Below are positions 13,461-26,448 of a stretch of DNA of 64,000 nt, one piece after another. The stretch covers positions 283,712,001 to 283,776,000 of the forward strand of contig NC_088791.1 of the NCBI RefSeq assembly GCF_011386835.1. Reading direction: 5' to 3'. A model generated the notes under the pieces. That model worked only from the letters and a program-made list of their open reading frames with translations. It did no database searches and was not told where the DNA came from. The number at the start of each line of letters is the position of its first letter. The first letter of the stretch is position 1. The position numbers and the translations under genes were made by a program. Source of the DNA: Chrysemys picta bellii. Lineage: Eukaryota.

Positions 13461-13815
13461 GTTCATCATCATCATCACTCCCTTAACCGCATTGGTCATT
13501 GGGGCTCCATTATCAATGAACAATTAACCAATTGCAATCAACCTGACAATTGTATGTCAGTGCTTGAGTCTCTGCAAAGTCCATTCCTGTCCACTCTTTT
13601 ATGTTGTCAATCCATCTCCTCTTCTTCTCTTCCCCTATACTGTCCCTTGGAAGATGATCTTGGATAGGCCAGATGATCTTGTTACATGGCCATACCATTT
13701 CAGCTTGCACTTCTTCATGGTCATCAGGAGGTCTTCATATGACCCAGCACATTGGGTGATGATGTTGCGGACCTCTTCATGAGTGACGTGGTCGAAGTAG
13801 GAGATGCCTAGGATT
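13461..13815 (-). mobile_element. RTE-clade LINE, 3' terminal fragment
   Basis: Minus strand reads LGISYFDHVTHEEVRNII...KLKWYGHVTRSSGLSKIIFQG...RRWIDNIKEWTG, an RTE ORF C-terminus, followed by a (GAT)n tail seen as CATCATCATCATCA on the plus strand. Confidence 0.85.
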
Positions 13816-14123
13816 TCACAGATGCTTTAATGTTACAGTGAGGTAAGTTAAGGGTTAAAAGTAAAAGAGAGACCTAAGTGGTGGCTTTATTTTATCTGTA
13901 CTTCATTCATCTAGTCACAAGTGCAATGCCCTTAGTTTACTCATAGTCTGTCAGGATATACATTTTTTCTGGTAAGTCATTCTCTGAGGCATTGACTTAG
14001 CAAGGTGCTGAGAATATCTGAGTGCAATCATTTTCTGTTTGAAGCCAATGGGATGTCAGCATCCAGTGACATCCCCATGAGCTGCATTCCTGTTGAAGCT
14101 CAGCACCATGCAGGAGGTACTCA

Positions 14124-14325
14124 GGGCCAAATTTTTAAAGGTATTTAGGTCCCCAAAAAAGCAAATAGGCACCTAATGAGATTTCCAAAAGCACCTAGTT
14201 ATGTAACTCCCACTGGTTTCATTGTATTGATTGCAATTGAAGTTATGTATCTAGGCACTTTTGAAAATCTCATTAGATTCCTGTCTGCTTCTTTAGGGAC
14301 CTAAGTACGTTTAAAAATCTGCCTC
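14124..14325. mobile_element. Palindromic MITE (probable Harbinger type)
   Basis: Termini GGGCCAAATTTTTAAAGGTATTTAGG / CCTAAGTACGTTTAAAAATCTGCCTC. Inner arms AATGAGATTT.CAAAAG pair. Flanks TCA/TTA. Confidence 0.7.
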
Positions 14326-17300
14326 TTATGCTGTTCAGGATTAAGCCCTTTATTGTATGCTTTTAATTTCTCTCCCCCAATTTTGGTGCGGGTATGCAGC
14401 CTACTTGTAATTGTCAGATAATATACTTAAAACAATTCTTCTATATATTCGCTATATCTGCTGTAAATGTTCGCACTGAAAGGAAAGCTCTTTGTCCCTC
14501 TTAAGCTTAAAAAACACAGACCTGAAGGTTGCAGTGTTAGACTAACACAAGGAGTGGCATGTGTCTTCCCAGCTTCCATCTGTCAGACACACTCATTTGA
14601 AATATTAATGGACTTCATTGTTCTGTCAAGTTTAAGGCATCCTTGTTAACATTAGGACATAATTTAGGGCGTATTTCATAAGCACAACTATGAAATATTT
14701 ATGACTAACACTCATTACTTAAAAAGCAATTCACATATACATACCTGTTTTAATTATTAATGAAGAGAGTTTGGACAGACCTTGTTTTTATTGCTCTGCA
14801 CTTTTGAAAATTAACTTTTCATAATATTTCTGTATTAATATCCCAAGGCTCTTATCACATTGTTTAAGGGATGTATATTGAAATGCCTCTTCCTCTATTA
14901 ACTTCTCACATACAAGGCCTATGGTGCAGTGGTAAGGGGTATTATATCACACCCAGGAGAATTTGGGCCAGTACCTACTGTGCCCCAAACCAGCAATGAG
15001 ACATGGATGCCTCTGAGCAAGTGATAGTCTTCTTTATCATTATCCACCACAGCAGTCTTAGGTGTGCGTCTCTGGATAATCCTGCAAATGTACATAAGCA
15101 ACAATTCCCCCTTCTCCCTCAAATGGCCATTCTGTACTAGAGTTTGGGGCTAGGAGTGAATGTAATAAAGAATGCAGTGATAGAATAGTGGTGGGCATGG
15201 TATAAATACCTAGATAAATATATCATTCATGGCCACTCCCATTTCTATCTACAATAACTTATTTCCTATATTACATAGTCTAACCCAGTGGAGAGTGTGT
15301 ATTACAGGTCCCCCTTATGGCTGATCCACAGAGAATATGAGTCTGTTACAGCCCCAGCTGCAGAGATTCATGGTTTTTGTTCTGGTGGCCCCCAGTTCAA
15401 TCCCTGGTAGTAGTCACAATAGCATCATGAAAACTCTAAGAGACTTAACAACAAGGACCACCAAAACACAAAGGAATTTACTGAGGATGAGAGATGACAG
15501 GTTTGCACACATGGTCCTTACACACCTGCTGTGGTTGTTGCTTGTGAAACGCCACTGCTATTAGACAGGTCAGGAGTCTTTGACAATGGAAAAGTGGAGA
15601 AAGAGACTGGATTTGGGCTCTGGGTAGTTGTTAATAACTGTACCTCATAGTAGTGAATTCAAAATAATGCTGTTATGGATACAATTTGATAATGGCTCAA
15701 TCAAAATTTACAACAGTAAATGTGCCCCACACATAAAAATGTGAACAATACACTGGTAATTTCATAGCTATTGTATTACATTAGTTGTGCCATTTTATGT
15801 TTTTCATACTTAAGACTTTATAACATAATATTTGTTGTGCCTTTTGTCATTTCACATAATACTGTTCAATAGGATGCTTATTGCCCTGTGAAATCCAAGA
15901 AACCTTAGTACATTTGATTCTTTTGGATTCAGATATATACGTTTTTGGCCTTGAATCCAAAGCAAAATTGAGACCTTCTGTTTCCTCACATCTTCACATG
16001 AATTAGAAATTTGCCTGCTACCTAAAATTACCAAAAAAAAAAAATCATTTATTAGTCTATTGCTTTAGATTCACTAACATCTGAATACAGCAGAGACTGT
16101 ACAACTGTTTTTACACAGCAACAAAAACAGCAAACTAACTTTTTAAATTAAGGTGATTAGAACTCCACTCCATGCTCAAAGCATTACTTAAGATAGGCAG
16201 AATATAGTCAACAATTAAACAAGTAACATGCACATTTGAACACCTTTTAGACATTTACTGCTATGTCAATACACAATAGCTATATTTCAAATGTTTATTG
16301 CTATACCATTGCAGACCACTTATGTTGTTTCAAAATGTTGTAATGCATAGACTTATACACTGTGATGCCCTCCCACTAGAGCAAATAATAAACTAATAAT
16401 AATTAAATTCATAACAACAATAATAATAAAATATTGTAAGCAGCATATTAACTGGATGCTTACACCACCCCCCTGTCCTCAACATTTCCTATTGGCTAGC
16501 TTAGATGGCTTCCGCTCAGCATGATGGCTTTTGTGTGTCCCACTCTTAGGTGACTAACTCTCCCCATGAGTTGTCTAGGGAACCTGGACTAAGGGCTATG
16601 GATTTCACTGTGTTGCAAAGCACCTAAAAGTTGGGTGTGCAACACATAACATTGTAATGCTTAAGTTTCTTTGTGGTTCTGGGCCTTGCTCTCGCTAACG
16701 CGTATGGTATAGGTACTGTCAAAGAAGAGGCCATCAAACCACTGCCCCAAACATGATAGTTTAAATCACATGTAGGATTTACTTGGATGTTATGCCTCCT
16801 CTTATTGTCCATAGGCAATGTGATAGAGCTTCAGTGTAAGGGAATAAGGTAGGGAAGGAGGAAATTATCATGGTTTGCACTTCAGAATTCAACAGCATCT
16901 GCTTCTTCTACTAGGTGACTGGCTTCAAGCATCACTGCTGCTTCTTTACCAAAGATGGATCAATGTCAGATATACATAAGCAGGGATGATAGGAGATTAC
17001 TACAGAGAAGATTTTCTAGAAATAAATTCAGATATTCCAAAACGGTTGTCCAATCAAATTATCTATAAGCCCATTACTACCAATATCTTTGGCCAAAACA
17101 ACAGTAGATTTATAACTTGCACAAATTGAATTAAGTCTTGTCTTAACTGGAGATATGGCTCAATCACAGGGGAAAAAATCTGGATGAAAAATGTCTTTAC
17201 AATTTATTAATTTTTTTAAATGGCCAAGCTCTAATTAAGGTCAATTTCCATTCTGCCTATCTTTGGATATTAAATAAACTAAGGCCTTCATTTAACTCAT

Positions 17301-18354
17301 TCTGAATTAAATGGAAAGATTTGTATTTACTTCAGTGAGAGCAAGATCTTCTGTCCAAAATGAGAGAAAGCCAGACTTTGCGTTAGATCAGAGGTAAATG
17401 ATAAAAATAAAGTCATCTTTTCTGCTTTCCTACAAAAGACTAGTGGTTTATCAATGTCAAATATTACCATTCATTTGTATCATTTCGGGGGGAGGGGGAG
17501 GTGCGGGGTCTCAAGGATTTGGATACCTTTCATATGCATTAGATAAGTATCCAAATTTGAAGGCCTTATTTGAAGTATACGCTGAACCAAAAGTGAAGAA
17601 GTTGCAGTCCTGAAATCTTTACTCCAAAGATTGAACCTACAATATTTATTTCAGTCTTGTTGTCTACTAGGGATGTATAAACAAACTGAGGGTTTGTCAT
17701 CTGTGCTAGAATCCCACAGCATTGAACGATTTGAATTTCTAAGCAGAGGAATATCATTCATAGTAAACAGTTGCAATTAGAGATGCATAATGTCTGTGAA
17801 AGAATGAAGATCGGATAATTAGACATGGACAGGCTGAGTGATTAATTATAATTCAGGACACAAATGTAAGTGTACCTATAGATTTATTATCATTAATTAA
17901 ATCAACATTTATGTATAATGCTCTTTAAAAATTATGATCTGGGAAATGTTAGGATTTTCTATGCCTTTTTGCATCATGCATTTTTTAAACACATATACAA
18001 TTCTTCACTATTAGTAAATTGATCAGCACATTAGCCTATACACTGTATATTGGATGTAGTGGATGTGCGTCAGTTCTCAGTTGGCTAAGGCTCAATTTCC
18101 TATAGGAAATATGATAGTGACAGTTATAAATAAGATGCATAATGGATGCCATTTTCAGTATCTTCCCTAGAGGTAGTAGAAAAAAAATGCCCCTTTTTTT
18201 CCCTGATGGAAAATGAATTTTCAACTAATTTGATTTTTTTATGGAAAAAAAGATGTTTTCATAAAAAAAAAATCAGCTTATTGCAAACCTATACACATAT
18301 ACCTGTAATTATATGTATATAAACCTTGAAACATTTCAAAGAAAAAATATGATT

Positions 18355-18775
18355 TATAGATGAATAGATGTCTTAGGCCAGAAGGGACCATTATGATTAT
18401 ATAGGATGATCTCCTGTATAGACCAGTTATTTCTGCATCAAACCCATAGCTGCTCTTTGATCTATTGCATATTTTTTTAGAATGATATTCAGCTCCAGTT
18501 AAAGACTTCACATCTCTTGGTAACTTATTCCCATGATAATTACTCACATTTAAAAAAAAAAAACATGAGCATGATTTCTAATCTGAATTCCAACAATTGG
18601 ATTGTGCATTGTCTTTTTCTGATAGATTAAAAATCTATCTATCAGAATTAGAGTAACTTTTTAAGTCTCTCATTGTAAGATTTTACAGACTATGACTTCC
18701 AGTATTTATTTTTAACCCTTTTCAATTTGTCAACATCATTTTTGAAGTGTGGGCTCCAGAGCTGGACACAGTTTA
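18355..18775 (-). mobile_element. CR1 LINE 3' fragment
   Basis: TTAGGCCAGAAGGGACCATTATGAT (reverse-complemented CR1 3' end) and GTGGGCTCCAGAGCTGGACACAG (ORF2 C-terminal region). Confidence 0.75.
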
Positions 18776-19161
18776 GTTTTCACTGAATTCTTTAGTTTAA
18801 AAGGAAAAAAAAATTACTGAACCAGCTCTCACCAACACTTGCTGAAATGTTCACCCTTTTGGTTGAAATTGTTCGGGCTTGGTCTCTGCATGAAGATGTT
18901 TTGTTTTTAAATGTTTGAGCAAGAACAATCCTGAGAAATTCAGGTGCTATTCTCCAGAGAAACATGAGGCTCTAAAGAGGCTAAGTATGCAGCAGGACCA
19001 TGGGTCTGTCCCCACTGTGCATTGATCAGATCACTGGTTGGCTACACAGCAGGTAGTAAACTGCATGTCACAAAGGGATCCAGTATTGGGGATGGCCAAG
19101 ACACATACTTGATAGGTCTAGAAGGTATTCAGACTCCTCAAAGCAAAAGGTATCTCCAGTG

Positions 19162-19496
19162 CAGGGATAGGCAACCTTTGGCACATGGCTTGCCAGGGTA
19201 AGCCTGCTGGCAGGCTGGGCTGGTTTGTTTACCTGCTGCATCCGCAGGTTCGGCCGATCGCTGCTCCCACTGGCCGCGGTTCGCCATCCCAGGCCAATGG
19301 GGGTGGCAGGAAGCGGCGGCCATCACATCCCTCGGCCCGTGCTGCTTCCTGCTGCCCCCATTGGCGTGGGATGGCGAACCGTGGCCAGTGGGAGCCGTGA
19401 TCGGCTCAACCTGCGGATGCGATAGGTAAACAAACTGGCCTGGCCCGCTAGGGGGTTTACCCTGGTGGGGCGCGTGCCAAAGGTTGCCAATCCCTG
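19162..19496. mobile_element. Palindromic hAT-type MITE, full length
   Basis: TIRs CAGGGATAGGCAACCTTTGGC / GCCAAAGGTTGCCAATCCCTG. Flanks CTCCAGTG / CATAAACT do not match. Confidence 0.9.
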
Positions 19497-21032
19497 CATA
19501 AACTGCGTGTAGTTTGTACAACCTAGCCTTTGATTATTTAAAACAGGCTTTGCTGAGTAGTGGAATAAAAATGTCACAGTGGCAATGATTGTGTGTTCTT
19601 TCTCTCTCTTCCCTTTTATATCATTTTCATTGTTACATATACCTTTCAGATGTAATATTCTTTTCTTTGCTGTTTTCAGTGAAACATATTAACATTACTA
19701 TGTATGCTTTACGAAGACAAATACCTCTAATTACATTAGCAACATACTGACAAGTCAGGTAATAGAAATGAGCAGTTTAAATAACTGCATTCAAAGAGTT
19801 TTATAGAGGGCTATTGACTATATTTAAACTGAAGACAAGGAGCATGGAATTATGGCAGTAAAATTAAAATAAGATTTTTCAAAACAAGGCACTGAATAGT
19901 TTATATAAATTTAATTCAGTATACAGAGAGGGGTAATTTTCTTTTGTTTCTAAAAAACAAATCAAACAAATACAAACACAGTATGAGTTGATCTATGTCT
20001 GTATTATAAGCAAATTGGGGTAGGGACAAAATCTTTCTCTGCATTCTGTAGAGCTGCAAGCATTCCACTGGCATACAACAAATAACCAATAGTGTTCTGT
20101 TTGTAGCTACTTATTGCTATGAGTGTTTTTTGTGTGCCCCATATTTACATGTCTAAGGAGTCTTCCTACCTGTCTGCTTGTCCTGAACAGTTTTAGTTCG
20201 AGATGGCTGCTGTTAAAGACTCAGTCACACACTATGGGCATTAGTAATTGACACCACTACAAAGTGAATGAAAAGTTGGTGTACAAATGAGAATTCTCCA
20301 CTCACTCACTGCAGGGGTAGCAAACAGCATTTTGCATCTACTATGCATCTCACTGGTCAGACCTCAGTTGCACCAGAGTTCTGTTTGGTGTAGCTATTGG
20401 TGCGGAAGTGAAGGCATTTTTAAACCACTGTTGAGGTCTCCTAGCTGGTAGAGCTTCTAGGGGCTCCTCTGGCCCCTGGCACAATTTAGAATGATCACAA
20501 AGATGATCTAAATTAACGCCTAGTTGCAATGGTCCTCAAGGAACTGTCCTACAGAGATTGCTGGCTCACTGTGTGTGCTGACATTTCATGCTTGCCAGAC
20601 CCACTTTGCTAGAGCTATAAGCAGTGGTAGGGAGGACAGATAATATAGAGTCAGGCAGCATGTTTGTGGTTCTTTTCCTTTTCTCTCCTACATAATTTCC
20701 AGTGAAAAAAAGAAATGTGATTTGTATTACATATATATTTTAAATTAAAGCTGATTCTTTGAAAAAAGGAAAATAAAGTGTTTGTAAATTACTCAATTTA
20801 CAATAGTTCAACAGGTCAGCATAATGACAACATGGTTTAAATTAATTTCAATGAATTTTTGGGTTCAAATCTTTGATTAAACTTAACAGGCACACATAAA
20901 ATATATGCATCCTGCCCTGATGAGAACATGCCTTATTTTAAAAAAATATCACATTTTATGTAATTTTTAAACTGAATTAAAATTTAAGTGTAATCACGTT
21001 GAAGTCAATGGCAAAATTCTGATTGACTTTAA

Positions 21033-21724
21033 TGTGAGGAGAAAGAGGTCTTTAATGTGTGCTGTAAAACACTTTTGTTAGAGCTCTTTTCCCTTCGCCC
21101 TCTCCCCTGGTTCTTGTTACGCAGACAGAAAGCAGAAGACCGGAAGTCCGAAGTGCAGGCAATATGATGTTTATTGGGGTTAATTCCAAGCAAACATATC
21201 CATAGCTCCAGAAGCCGACAGAGTCTGTTTTCCAGTGTTCCCTTCCCTGCTCTGACACCGCAGAGCATTTACCCCATATTCTCCTTCCCAGCTCTGACGC
21301 TGCAGAGCCTTGCCTGTGTCCCTATTCCCCATTCCCCATTTTCCCACCTCCTCCTTCTTAGCAGGCCCAAATATACCGACAATGCACACCCACAGTCCCA
21401 CCCCTTACAACTTAGTGTCATGTTCCATTTTGGGTCTGGGGTCTTCATCCCACCCCTCTTGTACACCATGGAAGGGGTAAGAAGTGAGGTTGTGCTCCGG
21501 TCAGGGACTGGCATTTCTTTGGTCTTTTAGTGTTTTATACCTTCCCCCACAAGCCCCTTTGCCCCTCCCGACCGGTTGCTTGACTTTGCCTGGAGATAGG
21601 GGTTGAGGCAATCTTAAAGTGAGCTCTGAGTAACACTTGAACTGCTCTTAGCTCTTCCCATTGTACTAATAAATCCATCTGACTAGGCAGAAGCAACATC
21701 ACAGTGTCTTTCCCTTGTTTCACA
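21033..21724 (-). mobile_element. Probable solo LTR
   Basis: TGTGA...TCACA inverted ends, flanks TTTAA/TTTTA (4 of 5 match), and a minus-strand AATAAA near 21170. Confidence 0.55.
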
Positions 21725-23584
21725 TTTTAGTATAATATTATCACAAGGTCAAACCCAAAATTCGATCCGGGCTAATAAAATGGCATATACTAACAACTTT
21801 TTCTATCTACTTCCCAATAAGTATATCAATTTCTGTGTAACATAACAAAGGCCTTAAACATATGGAAGACTCACTCACAATCATGCATGTATAATACAGG
21901 GCATGATGGAAAAATATTAACACATTTTAATTCTATACATCAAGCTTGTAGACAAAGTCAGCAGATCGTATTCCAAGTTAACTTTTAGATTACTTTAGAT
22001 GTGATCATAAGTTTTAAAAAAGTACTGCTGTCCTTTGATCTTCGACTCTTCATAGTATAAAACCTTAAGAAACTCATTCATTTTTGTATATTTATTTGAA
22101 ATACAAATCAATATGTTTAAATTGATTTTGTTATCTTTGCTCTGCCAAAATGTCTTTATTTTTACACTTCAAGGAGCTACAGTGTAAATTATAGAGTTGT
22201 GAAGTCAGAACTAAGATCTTTTCACTATCTTTGGTGGAAGGCCACTGACAAATAGGCTGAAATAAATGGAACAATTAAAATGCATGAAAAATTCAGATTG
22301 GGTCCAATTAAACAGTAGCTGTACCTCAGTCAATTATGAAGATAAACTCAAATGCCCCAACTTGTTTGAAATTTCATTATAAAAATTAATTGTATCTAAA
22401 TGTATTTTCTCTATGATTAGACTTAAAATACATAGATGAATTTTTAACTTGTATTTCCCAAATGAGACTTTTTCTTTCCATTGTCTTCATCTTTTCCACA
22501 TTTCACTCCCATTTATTATTACACACACAATACTCAATGCTAATAACTGGTCTGCACTGTGGATGTTTTTTTGTTGGTTTGTTTGTAAAGCCTGAGGATA
22601 ACAAGATACTTTAGGTGTCTGATCCAATTCTCACTAAAGTTAATAGCCAAACTCCCACTGACCTCAGTGGTGCAGGATCTAGCTCAAAAGTGGGTAGTAA
22701 AACAAATCAAATGTCACTGGGTAATAGAAGATAAATAAAAAGAAAGATTAAAATATCTGCAATTTTTGCTTACCTGGATCCCAAAGTATTGCTAGCTAAG
22801 GCCAATCCACTACAGTAGGTATAGATATAGAAGATGCTGAGGGGATCTTGAGAGGTGCTGAGTCACTTCCACTGCCATTATCTTCAAAGGGCACCGCACA
22901 AAATTGGGAACTGGATACAAAGTGTTTCCACTGACTTCAGTGGGCTTTGGATCAAGCCACAGATCTTAGTGCTTCTCTAGACAAGGGACATTCGAAAAGG
23001 AAAATTTAATAACAGTAATCTAACACATTATTAACAATTTTTGGCCAATCGTAAAGACAAAGTAGGTTTTTTGTTTGTTTGGGTTTTTTTTAGATTTTCT
23101 ATATGCGTACAGTGGTGGCACTTTCAACGTTTCATTTGAGAGATATAAGTTCTACCAATATTCTGACAGGGGATGATCTCTGAGTGGTAGAATCTTTAAA
23201 ATCAAAAGAAATTTTTAAAATATGCATGTTGTCTATTTCCAGCTCCACGACTTCATGTACAACAGTTAGGGAAAACTATTCTAAGAGGTTCTGATTAATG
23301 TGTTAGATAATAATTTATCACAGCCAGAAAAAACAGACCAGAATCTGTACCTTATGGGCCAAATTCTCAATTATTACACAGGAGCACACAGCACAAGTTA
23401 AAGCAGGGCCAGGTGCAAAAATGGGTGTAATGCTCACCATTGCACTTTTCCAATTCTGAGACTTCTCTGCGCAGGGTCTGGTCTCAAGTGAATAGATGCT
23501 ATAAATTACATAGGCTGCTCTATGGAGATGACATTGGAGCCTTAAGACAACTCTGTGCCATGTCAGGATCCTTTTGCACTAGAG

Positions 23585-23877
23585 CAGGGGTCGGCAAATT
23601 TTGTCATGTGGCTCGCCAGGGTCCACAGGTTTGGCCAATCGTGGTTCCCACTGGCTGCGGTTCGCCGTCCGAGGCCAATGGGGGCGGCAGGAAGCGGCGG
23701 GCAGCATATCCTTTGGCCCGCACTGCTTCCGGCCGTCCCCATTGGTCTGGGAATGCGAACCACAGCAAGTGGGAGCTGCGATCGGCCAAACCTGCGGACA
23801 CAGCAGGAAAACAAACTGGCCCAGCCCACCAGGGTGCTTACCCAGGCGAGCCACGTGACAAAGGTTGCCAACCCCTG
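23585..23877. mobile_element. Palindromic hAT-type MITE with a deletion in the left arm
   Basis: TIRs CAGGGGTCGGCAA / TTGCCAACCCCTG. Flanks CACTAGAG / GTTTAGTT do not match. Confidence 0.9.
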
Positions 23878-23976
23878 GTTTAGTTATTAAAAGAGATCCA
23901 GATGACAGGCTGAGTGTGTTAGCAATATAGCAATACCTGAAGCAGTGCAATGGCTTGCAGCCTGACCAATGTGATA

Positions 23977-24004
23977 TGTATGTATGTGTGTGTGTGTGTG
24001 CGTG
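23977..24004. repeat. (TG)n microsatellite
   Basis: Direct reading. Confidence 0.9.
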
Positions 24005-24573
24005 CAAAAAAAGTCTGATTATTATTATTTACCAAGTACCAAAAAGTGTGTTGGACTCTTCACAGACAAAGAATGATACAGGCCTTTGCCCTGAAGTGAG
24101 TGCATTCTAAACAGTCAAAATAGAGGGCAGGGGAGACCACTGTAACACACAATAAAAACTATTAAGACTAAGTTTGGCACAAAGCTTGTTACAGTCACCA
24201 TTTTTCTTCTCCTTTTCATCTGATCTATCCACCCACTCAGAACACTACTGTCCTTCCTCCTCCTTCCCCTCACCACCATCATAGACCATATTGCTTGTTA
24301 GAGGGACAAAGCGGATGAAGTAATATTTTTGATTGGACATACTTCTGTTGGTTAGACAGACAAGTTTTGAGCTCTTCTTTCAGTCTGGGAGAAACACTTG
24401 GAGTGTCACAGCTAAATGGAAGTGGAAAAGATTATTTAGCACAAGTAGTTAACACATATTTCAAGGGATTATTCAAGGTGTTTGGGCCCCTTAACATCGC
24501 TCCAGTCATGGGGGGAAGGAAGAAGGAGGGGGGAAGGGCAGGTTGTGGGGGGGAGTTGTTAGTGGGTTATAGA

Positions 24574-25316
24574 CAGAGGTGAAAGTAAGCTGGTACGGCA
24601 TACCGGCAAGAGCCAGTGTGCAATACCGGGGCAGTCCGGCTTCCCCAGGTGGCAATTTAAAGGGCCTGGGGCTCCCAGCAGTGGCTGGAGCTCCAGGCCC
24701 TTTAAATTGCCGCCAGAGCCCCACTGCTGGAGCCCTGGGGAAGCAGCAGCGGGGCTCCGGGGGTTATTTAAAGGGCCAGGGCTCACGCTGCCTCGACTGC
24801 CCTGGGCCCTTTAAATAGGCGCTGGAGCCCCGCCGCCGCTATCCAAGGGCTCCGGGGGCTATTTAAAGGGCCGGGGCAGTAGAAGCAGGGGAGTCCTGGG
24901 CCCTTTAAATAGCCCCCAGAGTTCTGGAGTAGCGGCAGTGGGGCTCCGGGGGCTATTTATAGGGCCCAGGCAGTAGAGGCAGCGGGAGCCCCAGGCCTTT
25001 TAAATAGCCCCCAGAGCCCTGCTGCCAGAGCCCTGGGGTAGCAGCGGCAGCCGGGGGCTCCGGCAGCAGTTTAAAGGGCCCAGGGCGGTAGCGGTGGCCG
25101 AGCCCTGGGCTCTTTAAACTGCTGCTGGAGCCCCCAGCTGCCGCTGCTACCCTGGCGGGGGAGGGGGAGGGCACTTACCACTACAGGGCGGGCTGGGGCT
25201 GAGTCTGACCCCCACATCCCAGCACCTTCTGCCCAAGGCCCCGTCCCTTCCGGGGGCCAGAGCCAGCCCCAACCCAGCCCCGTACCGGTAAGTCCCTATT
25301 TCTACTTTCACCCCTG
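24574..25316. mobile_element. Non-autonomous hAT element containing an array of five GC-rich hairpin units
   Basis: TIRs CAGAGGTGAAAGTA / TACTTTCACCCCTG, perfect 8-bp TSD GTTATAGA (24566-24573, 25317-25324), five TTTAAAGGGCC...GGCCCTTTAAA-type units. Confidence 0.92.
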
Positions 25317-25325
25317 GTTATAGAT

Positions 25326-25412
25326 CAGGGGTCAGCAACCTTTGGCACCCGGCCCATCAGGTTAAAGCTGCTGGAGGACCAGGCCTGTTTGTTTATCTGG
25401 AGCATCCGCAGG
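25326..25412. mobile_element. Truncated palindromic hAT MITE (left end only)
   Basis: CAGGGGTCAGCAACCTTTGGC...TTTGTTTATCTG...CATCCGCAGG. It begins 9 bp after the preceding hAT element. Confidence 0.75.
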
Positions 25413-26448
25413 CATGGAGCCCAGCCCCACTGCATTATTCTCCCTCCCACCAAATATCAATAAAAGCAGTAGAGTGTTCTATTCCCAAAGTAAAACTACA
25501 TATGTATCTAAGGGCTTTACACTGCCATCTATCACTGTAGAATCGGAGGAGTTCCACATTAAATTCTACTGCAACAGTGAATTCCCTAGTGGGTTATCTA
25601 TTGCTGATGGTACTTCTTTTTGAGGCTAACTCTGTGCATTTTAAGGTTTTGTTTTTTGTTGGTTTTTAAATTACTTATTTTGTTTTGTTTTGCGTATGTT
25701 AGGCTGATTAGTTTCAGGGTTTTCTGTTCTTTTTTTTTCTTTTTCTTTTGTGGTTGTAGGGTTGTCTTTTTTTCGCTTGATTGGATTATTTTGGGTAGAA
25801 GCAGGTGTCATTATTATCACTTATGGTGGAAAATTATTTGTAATCTTGTAATCATCTCACTGAAATTGAAGGGACACGTTTTCTGATCAGGGAGGCCTAT
25901 TGGAGTCAATTGAGTAATGCCAGTAAAGATTTCTGTTCAATACTTATTTAATATCTCTCACTTCTATTAATGTTCAGATATATTAATACAATATATTAAT
26001 ATTCCCAGAATGAGCTATAAGCAGTATTACATTCTTTTAATACATTTTCCAAAAGGTCCTGAAAAACAATCATTTTAAATATGTAAAAATTGGATAGCAT
26101 GTTTGTAATATATTTCAAGTGTTCAGTCCCTGAAGAAAAGAATCTTTTAAAAGCAAAACTCACCATTTAAAAAAGGGAAAAAAACCACCTTTTACTTTAA
26201 CGATTACTTTTGTAGTAATTTCAGATATAAAAATGTTTGATAACAAGCTTAAAATCCATTATCCACTCACTGCTATACTGTGAATTATACAGTACCATAA
26301 ACAGTTTAGTAATCTTCATTCCAGAAAAAATGCAAAATGGGTAAAAAAAGACATTGGGAAAAAATGGTTATAATAACTACCAGTGAATGTTTGAAGTATA
26401 GATGTAGTTGTGTTGGTCCCAGGATATTAGCGAGATAGGGTAGATAAG

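Noticed and set aside
14919-15122. Minus-strand ORF with a TTTGCAG acceptor-like site
   Set aside because: No strong donor site and no recognisable protein similarity in any frame.
17398-17757. Protein-like short ORFs on both strands (also 25414-25623 and 45943-46140)
   Set aside because: They are 63-71 aa long with no recognisable motif and no convincing splice pair, within chance expectation.
22768-22812. Possible 36-nt minus-strand micro-exon ending CAG|GTAAGC
   Set aside because: The acceptor is weak and the one open frame (GLALASNTLGS) is not recognisable. Such matches are expected by chance in 64 kb.
24651-25135. Repeat-spacer-like array superficially resembling CRISPR
   Set aside because: Units are hairpins with alternating arm orientation inside a TIR/TSD-bounded hAT element in a vertebrate genome. 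The loops are related to each other and no cas genes are present.
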